DNA of 64,000 nt from an uncultured bacterium (lineage in GTDB: Bacteria > SAR324 > NAC60-12), in the NCBI GenBank assembly GCA_965662235.1, contig CBFIGY010000010.1, forward strand, positions 1 through 64,000, read 5' to 3'. Both the position numbers and the translations under genes were made by a program. The notes below the pieces were generated by a model. It was not told the origin of the DNA, searched no databases, and saw nothing but the letters and a program-made list of their open reading frames with translations. Positions 48,459-59,302 of this stretch are shown in pieces (the stretch's first letter is position 1; the number at the start of each line of letters is the position of its first letter).

Positions 48459-49975
48459 CCGTTCATCCCTTCCTGCAGGAACATCGCTGCCAGGTCAAAG
48501 GGACTGAGCCGGATGTCATGCTGCTTGAGAAGGCCTCCGACGGAAATCAACACCCGCGCAACGAGGACAAAGTGGTCGGGAATCGTGACCTCGGCTTCCT
48601 TCATGACCTGCAGGTACCGGCGCAACCGAGTGAGCTGGGCGGGCTCCTGAGGGGCTTCCGTGAACAGCAACCGCTCCGCTTTTTCCGGATTGGGGACTCC
48701 GAAGCCGGCCTTCAGTAGGAGCTCGACAAATCCGTCCTGTTGCCGATTCAGTAGGGCCACCAGAACATTCCGGTAGGCCTCCGCCTGCTCTGCTGCGAGG
48801 GTGCCCACGGCGCCAAAATCGAGCAGCGCCAGCTGACCCTGCGGCGTCACAAAGAAGTTCCCGGGGTGCGGGTCGGCGTGGAACAAACCGGTCAGGAAGA
48901 TCTGCCGGACAAAGCTGCGCGTGAGGGTCCGCAGCAGCGGATCTGCAGCACTGGGGACGTCCTCCAGAAACCGCCGGATGGGTTGCCCTTCCACAAAACT
49001 CATCACCAGCGTCCGTCGCGACAGCAGGTCCGGAACCAGGCTGGGGAAGGTCCAATCCACCTGCGGGTAGTGCTGATGGAACCGCTTGAGGTTCTCAGCC
49101 TCATGCAGGTAGTCGAGTTCCAGAAGGATGCTCCCCGAAAGCTCCCGGAGCACCTGCTCCAGGTCCACGCCTTCAAACTGATTCCCGAACAGCTTGGCGG
49201 CCAACTCGAAAAACTGCAGGTCTGCCCGGACGCGCTCATCGGCTTCCGGCAGCTGAACCTTCAGGGCCACTGGGGTGCCGTCTGCGAGCGTGGCGCGATG
49301 CACCTGCGCAATGGACGCGGTGGCCAGTGGCGTGGGGTCGATGTGCTGAAAGGCCTCTGGCCAGCGGGTGTGAAGCTCCTCGTTCAGGACCTGCTGGATG
49401 GACGCCCACGGCGCCGGAGGCGCCTGATCCTGCAACTCAGCTAGGCGCTCCCGGTAGGCCACAGGAACCCAGTCCCCCTGGGTGCTGAGGAATTGCGCAG
49501 CCTTGACCCAGGCACCGCCCTGACGGCGGCAGAGCTGAACAAGCTCCTCAGCCTGTGTTTGGTGGAGGGCTTCCGTTTTGGCCGCATGCTCCTCAGCCGT
49601 CCGGAAGCGCTGGGCCTGCTCGTTGAACTGGCTCCGGACCAGCATCCCAGAGAGCGTTTGGATGGCATCGCGGTACCGATCGCCCAGACGGAGCAGCTGA
49701 GTCAGCTTGAGCCACTCCTCAGAGTAGCTGTTTTGCAGCGCAACGGCGTCCTGTCGAATCTGGTCCGGATCCTCCCACCAGTCCCGAGTTTTGCGGACCA
49801 GCTGGCTCTGGACCTCGTCTGCGCGCCGCAGGGCTTCTTCGGGAAGCGCCCGGAGCCGTTCGTTCCAGCGGTCCCAGTCGCCGCCCAACGGGGTGTCCTT
49901 GAGCAGCTGATTCAAGGGGCCAGACTGTTCTTCAAGCCACTTGCGCGGATCTCCAAGAATCTTGTTCCAGTCCAT
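48455..49975 (-). CDS. ABC1/AarF/UbiB-family atypical kinase
   Basis: VKAAQFLS, LQDQAP, PLATASIAQVH, VALKVQ, ELDYLHEA, FHADPHPGNF and LLDFG. Start set at ATG 49975. Confidence 0.9.
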   Translation of the reverse strand: MDWNKILGDPRKWLEEQSGPLNQLLKDTPLGGDWDRWNERLRALPEEALRRADEVQSQLVRKTRDWWEDPDQIRQDAVALQNSYSEEWLKLTQLLRLGDRYRDAIQTLSGMLVRSQFNEQAQRFRTAEEHAAKTEALHQTQAEELVQLCRRQGGAWVKAAQFLSTQGDWVPVAYRERLAELQDQAPPAPWASIQQVLNEELHTRWPEAFQHIDPTPLATASIAQVHRATLADGTPVALKVQLPEADERVRADLQFFELAAKLFGNQFEGVDLEQVLRELSGSILLELDYLHEAENLKRFHQHYPQVDWTFPSLVPDLLSRRTLVMSFVEGQPIRRFLEDVPSAADPLLRTLTRSFVRQIFLTGLFHADPHPGNFFVTPQGQLALLDFGAVGTLAAEQAEAYRNVLVALLNRQQDGFVELLLKAGFGVPNPEKAERLLFTEAPQEPAQLTRLRRYLQVMKEAEVTIPDHFVLVARVLISVGGLLKQHDIRLSPFDLAAMFLQEGMNG

Positions 49976-50105
49976 GACACTTCTGCAAAGGGGGCCTGTG
50001 TTCAGGAGGCCCAGGGTTCTGAAAAAGGGGAGGTTTCTCAGGAGAAACCACTGAGGGCAGGTTAGCGATTCTTGCTCAAAGAAGCCATCGGAACCGGAGA
50101 GCGAC

Positions 50106-52100
50106 TCAGGCGGCTTCTGAGGTGAGCAGGAAGGGCGGAGCCTGAAAGGCTGCAGCGAGCCGTTCGGGAGTGCCAAAGAGGAAGAGCTGGTCTCCGGCGG
50201 CTAGGGTGGTTTCGGGTTCCACCTCCGGGAGCACCGCGCCCTGGCGCTGAATGGCCAGCACGGTCAGTCCAAAGTGCCGACGCAGGTCCAGTTGAAACAG
50301 GCTCTGACCGGCCAGAGGAGAAGCATCGGGAATGAGGTAAGTGGAAACCTCCAGCGCCGAAAGCTGTGCGGTCAAGAGGGCCTGAGTTTCATGGTGCCGG
50401 AGGAGGCCATACTGGTCCTTTCGCAACTCAGCAATGCAGTGCTCGACCTCCGGTCGGGGGGCAAGGAACCCGGCCATCACCCTCCGGAAGATCTCCAGTG
50501 AGGTTTCAAACTCCTCGGGGATGACCTCGTTGGCGCCCAGTGCCGACAGCGCCGGAATTTCAGCAACGTACCGTGTCCGGACGATGAGGTGCACCGCCGG
50601 GTTGAGGGCTCGGACCTGCTCGGTGATGCGCCGCACGGCTGCCGGCACCGCAATGACCACCACAACGGTCCGGGCGTGCTGCACCTGAGCACGCTCCAGC
50701 ACGGCCTTCCGGGAGGCATCTCCATAGAGGATGGGCACTCCGGACGCACGTTCTCGGCGGACGGTCTCCGGGTTGGCTTCAATGACCGCGTAGGGCACCC
50801 CCAAGCGGGTGGCGGCGCGGGCCACGTTCTGGCCATTCAGTCCGTAGCCGATGATGACCAGGTGATCGCTCTGCTCCGGGCCACTCAGGGTTTCTTCCGG
50901 AGACAGGCCCGCCCATCCCAGTCGCAGGCGCAGGGGCCACGGCGCCCGCAGAACGCCTTCTGCCATCCGGGTACTGTGTGGCAGGAGCAGAGACGCAAGG
51001 ATCATCGACAGCACCGTCACGGTGAGTACGCCTTGTCCCAGCGTGTCGTCCCGGATCCCTGCGGACGCCGCGGCCCGGTCGAGCAGAAAGGCAAACTCGC
51101 CAATCTGCGCAGTCAGCAGCCCGACCTTTACGGAAACAGAGAGGTCAGCACCGGTGAACCAGGTGGCGAGGCCGCCCAGCACCGCTTTGCCAAGAAACAG
51201 AGCTGCCGTCGCCCCAAGCACCCACGGAAGGTACTCCCAGACAAAGCCCGGGTCGAGCAGCATGCCCACAGAGATGAAGAAGAAACTCGTGAAAACGTCC
51301 CGGGACGGGAGGATGTGCTCAAGGGCGTCATGACTGAATTCGGACTCTGCGACCATCACTCCTGCCAGAAAAGCACCCAACGCCAGTGAGAAACCGGCCC
51401 ACGCCGTCAGCCACGCAATTCCCAAACAGAGGCCGATGACGGTCAGTGGAAACAGTTCGGGAACCTTGCTGGCAACCACCTGATGCAGAAGCCGTGGCAG
51501 CAGCACCCGAGCCCCGAAGGCGATGCCGGCAAGGAGTCCTGCGAGCGCCAGTCCGATCCAGAGCCAGTTCACCGATTCGCCTGACCCTCCTGCAAGGAGC
51601 GGAACAATCAGGAGCATCAGCACCGCTGCAACGTCTTGAAAGACGAGGACTCCAAGGGTGGCGCGTCCGTGAGAGGTCTCCAGTTCCGCCTGGTCCTGAA
51701 GCGCCTTGAGGACCAACGCCGTGGAGCTCAGGGCAAAGGCGGCGCCGAGAAACAGTGCTGCAGACCCGCTGAGTCCCCAGCCTGTGGCCACTGTTGCGGT
51801 GACGGCAAACACAAGCCCCACCTGGAGGGCGCCGGTGCCCAGCATCCAGCGCTTCAGCTCCACCAAACGGGCAAAGGAAAACTCGAGACCAATGCTGAAG
51901 AGGAGCAGGACGACGCCAAACTCGGCAAGCATCTCCACCTCGTGGGCATAGGAGATCCAACCGAGCCCGTCCGGACCGGCGACCACCCCAGTGGCAAGGA
52001 GTCCGACCGCGGGAGGTAGTCCAATCCGGTGGAACACCAGGACCACGACCACAGCGAGCCCCAGCAGGACAATCAGGTCTTGCAGAAAAGCGAGGTTCAT
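50106..52100 (-). CDS. CPA2-family cation/proton antiporter (KefB/KefC-like) with TrkA-N and TrkA-C domains
   Basis: AEFGVVLLLFSIGLE, LSSTA, LVFQD, FFFISVG, QIGEF, IIGYGLNG and YGDA. Confidence 0.92.
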   Translation of the reverse strand: MNLAFLQDLIVLLGLAVVVVLVFHRIGLPPAVGLLATGVVAGPDGLGWISYAHEVEMLAEFGVVLLLFSIGLEFSFARLVELKRWMLGTGALQVGLVFAVTATVATGWGLSGSAALFLGAAFALSSTALVLKALQDQAELETSHGRATLGVLVFQDVAAVLMLLIVPLLAGGSGESVNWLWIGLALAGLLAGIAFGARVLLPRLLHQVVASKVPELFPLTVIGLCLGIAWLTAWAGFSLALGAFLAGVMVAESEFSHDALEHILPSRDVFTSFFFISVGMLLDPGFVWEYLPWVLGATAALFLGKAVLGGLATWFTGADLSVSVKVGLLTAQIGEFAFLLDRAAASAGIRDDTLGQGVLTVTVLSMILASLLLPHSTRMAEGVLRAPWPLRLRLGWAGLSPEETLSGPEQSDHLVIIGYGLNGQNVARAATRLGVPYAVIEANPETVRRERASGVPILYGDASRKAVLERAQVQHARTVVVVIAVPAAVRRITEQVRALNPAVHLIVRTRYVAEIPALSALGANEVIPEEFETSLEIFRRVMAGFLAPRPEVEHCIAELRKDQYGLLRHHETQALLTAQLSALEVSTYLIPDASPLAGQSLFQLDLRRHFGLTVLAIQRQGAVLPEVEPETTLAAGDQLFLFGTPERLAAAFQAPPFLLTSEAA

Positions 52101-52141
52101 GACGGTTGGGAGTCAGAGCAAGCAGGTCAGGGCCAAGCGCA

Positions 52142-53512
52142 TCAGGCTGGTTTGGGACTGAGCAAGTTGGGTAGGGTCCGGATGCGGATCCAGAGCATCG
52201 CTCCTCCGCCAGAGACCGCGTTGCCGACAGCCATGCCCAAGAAGATGCCCAGCAGGCCCATCAATTCGGAACCCAGCCACGCCAGCGGCAGAATGAGCAA
52301 GAAGAGTCGGACGAGGTTGATCATTGAGGACTGCATGGGCAGGTGCAGGCCGTTGCAGGCGGAACTGGCCAGCAGAGACATTCCGAAGAAGCCGTAACTG
52401 ATGGGAACCGTCCAGAGGTACAGTCGGGTCAGGGACTGGACGGATTCCGCGTTGCTGAACAGAGACGCAATCGGGAAGGCGCCGGCCGCCAGAATGAGAA
52501 AGGCTCCAGCACCCCAGATGAGGGAGAAGCGGGCGCTGAATCCGAGCGATTCCTCAATCCGTTTGGGCTGTCGGGCGCCCATGTTTTGTCCGACAAAGGG
52601 GGTGAGCACCGACGAGAGGGCCATGATGCCAAGGATGGCAAGGGACTCGAGGCGCGTTCCCACTCCAAAGGCGGCCACGGAGTCAGGGCCATAGCTGGAG
52701 ACCATGCGGGTGAGGGCCGCGTTGGAGAGCGGGTTCAGCATGTTGGTCAGCGCCGCCGGAGTCGCAATGAAGAGGATGGGCTTCCAGGATTCCCAGACCA
52801 GCGCCGGTCGGGGCAGGCTGAACTCGAGCATCTTTTCTCGTTTTCCCAGCACCCAGAGTCCGGCAAACATGGCAAAGAAGTAGGCAATCACTGTGGCAAG
52901 CGCTGCTCCCCGGACCCCCATCTCAGGGAAGGGGCCGATGCCAAAAATCAGAAACGGGTCCAGGATGGCGTTCACTAGGGCGACGACCATCATCACCCGG
53001 CTTGGGGTTCGGCTGTCTCCGGTGGCGCGGATGGCACTGTTTCCCACCATGGGCAGCGCCAGCAACGGTACCCCGAGGTACCAGATGGTCATGTAATCCT
53101 CAATGATGACCTGCAGGTCGGCAGACGCCCCAAGCGCGGTGAAGACCGGCTCGAGCGTGAAGAGTCCCAGCAGCGAAAAGAGGGACATGACGACAAAGGT
53201 CAGGTAAAGGCTGTGCGTGGTGAGGCGCTGCACCCGAACCTGATCTCCCTGCCCAATGGCCCGGGCCACCACGGAAGACGTGCCAATGCCAATGCCAAAC
53301 GCCATGCTCATGACCGTGAACACGACCGGAAAGGTGAAGCTGATGGCCGCCAGCTCCTGCACCCCCAACTGCCCAATGTAGAGGGTGTCAATGATGTTGA
53401 TGAGCATGATGGACACCAGCCCCATGATCATGGGGAGGGTGAGGCGAAACAGGGTGGGGCCCACGGGTCCTTCCAGCATGCGATTGGAATCAGAAAAGGA
53501 TTTTGGTTTCAT
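52142..53512 (-). CDS. MATE family efflux transporter
   Basis: 12-TM pattern; DTLYIGQLG, RATGDSRTP, NAILDPFLIFG..P.MGVRGAALAT and GQNMGA. Start uncertain. Confidence 0.9.
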   Translation of the reverse strand: MKPKSFSDSNRMLEGPVGPTLFRLTLPMIMGLVSIMLINIIDTLYIGQLGVQELAAISFTFPVVFTVMSMAFGIGIGTSSVVARAIGQGDQVRVQRLTTHSLYLTFVVMSLFSLLGLFTLEPVFTALGASADLQVIIEDYMTIWYLGVPLLALPMVGNSAIRATGDSRTPSRVMMVVALVNAILDPFLIFGIGPFPEMGVRGAALATVIAYFFAMFAGLWVLGKREKMLEFSLPRPALVWESWKPILFIATPAALTNMLNPLSNAALTRMVSSYGPDSVAAFGVGTRLESLAILGIMALSSVLTPFVGQNMGARQPKRIEESLGFSARFSLIWGAGAFLILAAGAFPIASLFSNAESVQSLTRLYLWTVPISYGFFGMSLLASSACNGLHLPMQSSMINLVRLFLLILPLAWLGSELMGLLGIFLGMAVGNAVSGGGAMLWIRIRTLPNLLSPKPA

Positions 53513-53516
53513 AGGC

Positions 53517-54443
53517 TTACCAAAGAAACAAATGAACGACACGGGGCTGCCCCGCCAGGTCTTTGTGAAAGACTGGGGGCTGCCAGGCCGGGTGATCGGC
53601 AGCCAGCTGAGTCAACGCAGGTTGCTGGTCGTTGCCGATTTCCAGAAGCATCTCGCCTCCTGGGGCCAGGCAGGAAGGGACCTCGGCGAGCAGCCGACGG
53701 TAGAGGTCCAGCCCATCTTCTCCTCCATCAAGCGCCAACCGAGGCTCGTGCTGGGCCACTTCCGGTTGCAGGGTGGGGAGGACGTCCCGCGCGATGTAAG
53801 GAGGGTTGGCGACCCAAAAATGAAAGGGGCCGTGTTCAGGCAGCAGCGTCAAGGCGTCGCCCCTGAGAAAGGTGAGGGTGTTGTTCCGGGGGGAACCAAG
53901 GGCCGCATGCCGCTCGCGGTTGCGCTCTGCCAGAGCATGCGCGTCCGGACTCAGCTCAGCGCTGATGAGGTCTAGATCTTGTAGCTCAGAGGCAAGGGCC
54001 AGGGGAATGGCTCCGGAGCCTGTTCCCAGCTCGGCGATGCGGCAACGGACGCCAGGCGCTCCGTGCTGCCACTTCCGGATGCGCGTGACCGCTTGCTCCA
54101 CCAGCGTCTCGGTGTCTGGGCGAGGAATGAGGACTGCCGGACTGACTTCGAGAGGAAGCGACCAGAACTCCTGCTCCCCCAGCAGGTAGGCCGCAGGCCA
54201 ACCGGAAGCACGCTGGCGGACCAGCTGCCGAAAGGGGGCACGTTCTGCTTCATCCAGCGGCCGGTCCTTCTGCAGGTACAGCTCCAGCCGTGACAGCTTC
54301 AGGGCATGGGCAAGCAGCAACTCGGCGTCCAGTCGTGCTGAAGGAATGCCCTTTTCGGAAAAAAAACGCTGGGTCCAACCGAGCAGGGCTTCGATGGTCC
54401 ACAGGTCTGGATGGAGCGAGGGGTTGACGGAGTCGGCAGGCAC
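53517..54443 (-). CDS. prmC: Release factor glutamine methyltransferase
   Basis: ARLDAELLL, VLIPRPDTE, ELGTGSGAI, NPPY, EPRLALDGG.DGL and DLAG..R. Start GTG 54443 is tentative. Confidence 0.93.
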   Translation of the reverse strand: MPADSVNPSLHPDLWTIEALLGWTQRFFSEKGIPSARLDAELLLAHALKLSRLELYLQKDRPLDEAERAPFRQLVRQRASGWPAAYLLGEQEFWSLPLEVSPAVLIPRPDTETLVEQAVTRIRKWQHGAPGVRCRIAELGTGSGAIPLALASELQDLDLISAELSPDAHALAERNRERHAALGSPRNNTLTFLRGDALTLLPEHGPFHFWVANPPYIARDVLPTLQPEVAQHEPRLALDGGEDGLDLYRRLLAEVPSCLAPGGEMLLEIGNDQQPALTQLAADHPAWQPPVFHKDLAGQPRVVHLFLW

Positions 54444-54695
54444 ACGCGTCAAGGAGTAAGGGGGTTGAGCGTTGGAGCAAAAAAGCCCCTTTTCGGAGGC
54501 AGGCCTCCGCACCCAAGCGTTTGGTGACAGCCTCCGGACCCGGAGGTGAGTGGGTGCTTCTGGCACCGTTTCCCGGCTCAGGACGCGAAACGACTTGTGA
54601 TGCTTTTGGAAGAACAAACAATTAATGATAGAAATGAACCCGTTTATTGTCTAGGCGGATTCCCCCGCGCAACACACTGTTACAGGAGGCACTTG

Positions 54696-55544
54696 ATGTA
54701 CACGACTTACATTCCCGCTGAAGAAGTCGCTTCACAACTGGAAAATCCGGACTGGGTTCTGCTGGACTGCCGGTTCTCGCTGGATGCTCCAGAACTGAAG
54801 GAACAGGACTATCAGCAGTCGCACCTCCCGGGCGCCCGGTACGTTCACCTGGAACGCGACCTGTCTGGCGACATTCAGCTGGGAAAAACGGGCCGGCACC
54901 CGCTGCCCACCTTTGAGGACCTGGTGACCCGACTGGGCAGCTGGGGGATCGGACCCGGCGTGCAGGTGGTCGCGTATGACGATGCCAACGGCGCGTATGC
55001 CGCACGTTTGTGGTGGATTTTGCGGTGGCTCGGACACGACGCGGTCGCCGTTCTGGATGGTGGCTGGAACGCGTGGAACGCTGCTGGCCTGCCGGTTTCG
55101 GACGCGCTGCCCCACACAACGCCTCGGGAGTTTGAGCTCAATCCGCGTCACACCTGGCTGCTCAATGCCCATGAGGTGGACGCCCTCCGGGAGCGTCCGG
55201 ATGTGGTGCTGATTGATGCGCGCTCCGGAGACCGCTTCCGTGGAGAGAATGAACCAATTGACCCAGTGGCCGGCCACATTCCGGGAGCGATCTCTGTGCC
55301 GTGTTCGGAAAACCTGGGTCCGGATGGGTGTGCCAAGAGCACAGAAGCCCTGTGTGAGCGCTTTGAAGCGGTCCTGAAGGGACGTCCTCCGGAGCGGCTC
55401 ATCAGTTACTGTGGGTCCGGCGTGACCGCGTGCCTGAACCTGCTGGCGCTCAAGCATGCTGGACTGGGAGACGGACGCCTGTATGGTGGCTCCTGGAGCG
55501 ACTGGATCACGGATCCGGACCGTCCCATTGCGACGGGTCCCTGA
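54696..55544 (+). CDS. sseA: Tandem-rhodanese sulfurtransferase (3-mercaptopyruvate sulfurtransferase-like)
   Basis: AGGAGG RBS; HLPGA, GRHPLP, AARLWW, GHIPGA, active-site CGSGVTAC and YGGSWSDW. Confidence 0.9.
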   Translation: MYTTYIPAEEVASQLENPDWVLLDCRFSLDAPELKEQDYQQSHLPGARYVHLERDLSGDIQLGKTGRHPLPTFEDLVTRLGSWGIGPGVQVVAYDDANGAYAARLWWILRWLGHDAVAVLDGGWNAWNAAGLPVSDALPHTTPREFELNPRHTWLLNAHEVDALRERPDVVLIDARSGDRFRGENEPIDPVAGHIPGAISVPCSENLGPDGCAKSTEALCERFEAVLKGRPPERLISYCGSGVTACLNLLALKHAGLGDGRLYGGSWSDWITDPDRPIATGP

Positions 55545-55558
55545 GAGACGCTGAGGTC

Positions 55559-56245
55559 ATGACCCCACTCCGGAAGCAACCGTGGTTTCGGGCGCTGAAG
55601 ATGCGTGTTGGCGCCGCCGGGTTCACTCAACTGCTGCGTGCGACGGGCTGGACGTCCCGGGTGCGGCGGGAGAACGAGCAGGCACTCCAAGCGGCGTTGA
55701 CGCAGCATGGAACCTTTCTGCTAGCAACCTGGCACGAAAACATCTACTTCAGCACCTGGATGCTCCGGGACCTAGGACTGACGGCGCTCATCAGTAGTTC
55801 TCGTGATGGAGAGGCGATTTACCAAGTGATGCAACACTTCAACTTCAAGGCGGTCCGGGGGTCGTCCACCCGTGGCGGAATGCTGGCCCTCCGGGAGCTG
55901 CTGGAGGCGTTGAAGCGTCAGGAGCCCGTGGCCGTGACCCCAGATGGTCCCACGGGACCGCTGCACCAGGTTCAGCCCGGCATTGTTCTGCTGGCGAAGA
56001 AAACCGGCCTGCCGATTCTGCCATGGCACTACGAAGTCCGGGACGCGTGGCGGTTGAAGAGCTGGGACTCGCACAAGGTCCCGAAGCCCTTTACGTCCGG
56101 AGTGGGACGCTTTGGAAACGCATTTTATGTGGATGCACAGACGCCTGGCGCTCGGCTGGAACAGGTGGCCCAGGAACTGGAGGCGGCGATGAAAGAGAAC
56201 GTGCAGGAGGTGCAGCGACTGGTGGAAGGGGGCGGAGCGACCTGA
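55559..56245 (+). CDS. DUF374 / lysophospholipid acyltransferase-family protein
   Basis: WH, LISSSRDGE, VRGSSTRGG, TPDGP.GP and SWD...PKPF. Confidence 0.85.
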   Translation: MTPLRKQPWFRALKMRVGAAGFTQLLRATGWTSRVRRENEQALQAALTQHGTFLLATWHENIYFSTWMLRDLGLTALISSSRDGEAIYQVMQHFNFKAVRGSSTRGGMLALRELLEALKRQEPVAVTPDGPTGPLHQVQPGIVLLAKKTGLPILPWHYEVRDAWRLKSWDSHKVPKPFTSGVGRFGNAFYVDAQTPGARLEQVAQELEAAMKENVQEVQRLVEGGGAT

Positions 56246-56263
56246 AGCCGCTCCGGTGCAGGT

Positions 56264-57211
56264 TCAGAGCTGGTCGTTGTAAGCCTTGATGGCGCTGCTC
56301 TTCATTTCCTCTAGGTAGAGCCGGGAGTAGATTTCGATCAGGAACGGCCGCAGGTCATTGACGTCTTCGTCATCGGCGTACTCCTGAAAGAATTGCTCAT
56401 ACACGTCCATGGCGCCCACGAGGATGCCGTAGTCAGTGAGCAGGTTGGCGTAGAGGAATCCGGAAGAGTCCATCGACTGGGCCTGCTCCGACTGCTGCTT
56501 GAGTTCGTTGAGGCGTTTGGAGGTAAGGCCCTTCAGGCGGGACTCACGGGTGGTGTAGACCACTTCGGTGCCGTCGAGCACCTCAACGAAGTAGCGGACG
56601 TTGTCTGCTGGAGGCTCAATGGTGGCCCGAATCAGAGGGGCATCGGTGGCAGGGATTTCATAGGTGTTCAGGTCTTCCCACTCACGGGTCTTGCGGTTCT
56701 TCTCGCCGATGCGGACCCGGTAGCTGTACTGAGGACCCACGTTTTCCCAGACAAGATCCGGGAAGTCACCTGTGATCACCACGTTCCCCGCCTTGAGCTG
56801 AATGCCCGGCTTCTTGGCCGACCGTCGAACCGTGGTGTACTTCTGGGTCTTGATGAACTTGTCTCCCAAGCCGGCCACGAGGTCTCCTGCCGCTTGCTGG
56901 TTGCCCAGCTCTCCGGAAACCGCCTGGATGCCTTCGGCAGAAACCTGCGCCACGGTTCCTGCAGGAATGGACGTGGTCTGGTTGGTCGTCTGGTTGATGA
57001 ACGTCACGGAACTATCCGGATTCGTCCGGACCTGATATGAGTCATACATGAAGACGTTGCGTCGAACCTTCTTCCATCGCTTCCCGTCCTTGCTATACTC
57101 CACCTTTCCTTGAGGCTCCGTCAGCATGCCGATGGGGGTCCTGGCCCAAAGATTGCCTGCTGAAACCAGCAGCAACAGGACGAAGACGATGAACGTTTTT
57201 CCAGTACGCAT
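56264..57211 (-). CDS. Exported hypothetical protein (FecR-like beta N-terminus, helical C-terminus)
   Basis: Signal peptide (LWA-RT), 315 aa, host-like codon usage. Confidence 0.7.
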   Translation of the reverse strand: MRTGKTFIVFVLLLLVSAGNLWARTPIGMLTEPQGKVEYSKDGKRWKKVRRNVFMYDSYQVRTNPDSSVTFINQTTNQTTSIPAGTVAQVSAEGIQAVSGELGNQQAAGDLVAGLGDKFIKTQKYTTVRRSAKKPGIQLKAGNVVITGDFPDLVWENVGPQYSYRVRIGEKNRKTREWEDLNTYEIPATDAPLIRATIEPPADNVRYFVEVLDGTEVVYTTRESRLKGLTSKRLNELKQQSEQAQSMDSSGFLYANLLTDYGILVGAMDVYEQFFQEYADDEDVNDLRPFLIEIYSRLYLEEMKSSAIKAYNDQL

Positions 57212-57350
57212 GTAACCTTTACGGATAGGGGTGGTGAACTTCAACAAAGAAGCGCCCTTTCTATCGCATTTTGTAAAAAGAGGCAAACCCGATCCCTTGA
57301 GCGCTGAACAGATGGAAAGGGAGGGCTTGGCCCGATCTGGTGTAAAAGAA

Positions 57351-57812
57351 ATGAAACGATTGTTGATGGTGCTCGTGGGAAGCTGGGTGCTCTGGGGCAG
57401 TGGCGGAGCAGACGTTCGGGCGGAGGCAACGGTCTATGAGAGCCTGAAGCAGGACCTCGTGGGGCTGGATTACCTGCTCCGGAACCTTGAGTTCACCGAG
57501 GTACAGTGCGATTTGGGAACCTGTGAATTGAGCACCGCAGACCGTTCCTACCAGGTGGTCCTGAGGCGAGCCAGCCCCGTGGAGTACAAGCGGGAGCGCC
57601 TGCTGTACGTGCTTAAGCTCCGGGTCCGTTCACCGCTGATGACGTCGAATCTGCAGGTGGATTACATTCAAGATCCGCCGAGCATCATTGTTGGACGCAA
57701 TGGCTGGAGCGAGCCGATTCCCCCATACGAAAAGGTGATGTTCGGCATGGTGGGACGCTGGGTGCCGCTGCTTCAAGGGTGGCTGCGACGTGAGGGCTTG
57801 AGCATTGACTGA
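57351..57812 (+). CDS. Exported hypothetical protein
   Basis: MKRLLMVLVGSWVLW signal-like N-terminus, divergent from the previous gene. Confidence 0.6.
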   Translation: MKRLLMVLVGSWVLWGSGGADVRAEATVYESLKQDLVGLDYLLRNLEFTEVQCDLGTCELSTADRSYQVVLRRASPVEYKRERLLYVLKLRVRSPLMTSNLQVDYIQDPPSIIVGRNGWSEPIPPYEKVMFGMVGRWVPLLQGWLRREGLSID

Positions 57813-57960
57813 GGGCGCAGGCCCGGAAGGGGGGTAGGGCGGTCGAAATGCAAGATCCCCGTACCGCCAACCACAAGAGGCTTCTCCGTGGAGGGAAGGG
57901 CGGCAGCCCGGAGAAAAACCACCGCCCTGAGGTAGGGACGTTGCGTCCCCAAGGAGACCG

Positions 57961-59208
57961 TTAGACGGTTGCTGAACTCTGATACGAGAAGCCACCCGGC
58001 ATCTTCACAAACTCCGGATAGGAGTGCATGCCAAATTCCTTCTCATCAATGCCTTCCAGCTCTTCTTCTTCCGAGACCCGCAGACCCATCGTCGCTTTGA
58101 TGACGCTCCAGACCACGAGGCTGGCGACAAAGGTGAAGATGCCCACCACAACCACTCCCAGCAGCTGTGTGCCGAAGGAGGCGTCTGGTTTGAAGATGCC
58201 CACAGCAAGTGTGCCCCAAATGCCGTTGACGAGGTGAACCGAAAGGGCTCCAACCGGATCGTCAATCTTCAGCTTGTCAAAGAACGGCACCGCGAAGATC
58301 ACCAGCACCCCACCAATTGCTCCAATCAGCGCAGCGACGCCAGGCGTGGAGTAGTCCGGACCGGCCGTGATGGCCACCAGGCCGGAGAGTGCGCCGTTGA
58401 GGACCATCGTCAGGTCGATCTTCTTGTACATCACCTGGGTGAGGAGCAGCGCCACAATTGCGCCTGCACACGCGGCCATGTTGGTGTTGACCATCACAGC
58501 AGAGATTGCATCTGCGTCGGCCTTGCTTCCCAGAGCCAGCTGAGACCCCCCGTTGAATCCAAACCAGCCGAACCAGAGGATGAAGGTGCCCAAGGTGGCT
58601 AGTGGCAAGTTGGACGCCGGAATCGGAGCCACACGGCCCTGTGCATCGTATTTGCCCAGTCGCGGCCCCAGAAGCAGCGCGCCTGCAAGAGCGGCCCAGC
58701 CTCCAACGGAGTGCACGATGGTGGAACCTGCGAAATCAGAGAACCCGTCAATTAGGCCACCCAGTGCAGTGCCGCCCCAGGTCCAGTGTCCCTGAATCGG
58801 ATAGATGATGGCAGTCAGGACCAGTGTGAAGGCCATGAACGGCCAGTACTTGATGCGCTCGGCCACGGTTCCAGACACGATGGAGGCCGCAGTGGCGACA
58901 AACACGACTTGAAAGAAGAAGTCCGACATCAGGCTGTGTCCGTCGGAAGAGGTTCCGGACAGAGCAAATCCGAAGCCCATGAAGCTGTTGCCGTCGCCGT
59001 ACATGAGGTTGTAGCCCACAAAGTAATAGGCTAAGCAGGCCAGCGCATAGAGCGTGATGTTTTTCGTCAGGATGGCGGTGACGCTCTTACTCCGGACCAT
59101 TCCGGCCTCCAGCATCGCAAAGCCTGCGGCCATCCACATCACCAGCGCACCGCTGATCAGAAGCCAGATCGTATCCAGCACATATTTCATCTCTGCTGAG
59201 AATTCCAT
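57961..59208 (-). CDS. amtB: Ammonium transporter
   Basis: GFAMLEAG, FFQVVF, SGTVAER, DFAGSTIVH, WFGWFGFNGGS, IDDPVGALSVHLVNGIWG and GLRVS.EEE..GID. Confidence 0.96.
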   Translation of the reverse strand: MEFSAEMKYVLDTIWLLISGALVMWMAAGFAMLEAGMVRSKSVTAILTKNITLYALACLAYYFVGYNLMYGDGNSFMGFGFALSGTSSDGHSLMSDFFFQVVFVATAASIVSGTVAERIKYWPFMAFTLVLTAIIYPIQGHWTWGGTALGGLIDGFSDFAGSTIVHSVGGWAALAGALLLGPRLGKYDAQGRVAPIPASNLPLATLGTFILWFGWFGFNGGSQLALGSKADADAISAVMVNTNMAACAGAIVALLLTQVMYKKIDLTMVLNGALSGLVAITAGPDYSTPGVAALIGAIGGVLVIFAVPFFDKLKIDDPVGALSVHLVNGIWGTLAVGIFKPDASFGTQLLGVVVVGIFTFVASLVVWSVIKATMGLRVSEEEELEGIDEKEFGMHSYPEFVKMPGGFSYQSSATV

Positions 59209-59271
59209 TGGGTTCTCCGATTGAGGGATTGTTCAACAGAAGCCGAAGCTCCCGGGTCTGCTTTCCCTTCA

Positions 59272-59286
59272 GCAGAGAGCGTGCCT
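59272..59286 (-). promoter_or_regulatory. Sigma54 (-24/-12) promoter of amtB
   Basis: Minus strand AGGCACGCTCTCTGC gives GG-N10-GC with GGCACG, about 65 bp upstream of the start codon. Confidence 0.7.
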
Positions 59287-59302
59287 GATGAAAATATTTT
59301 TT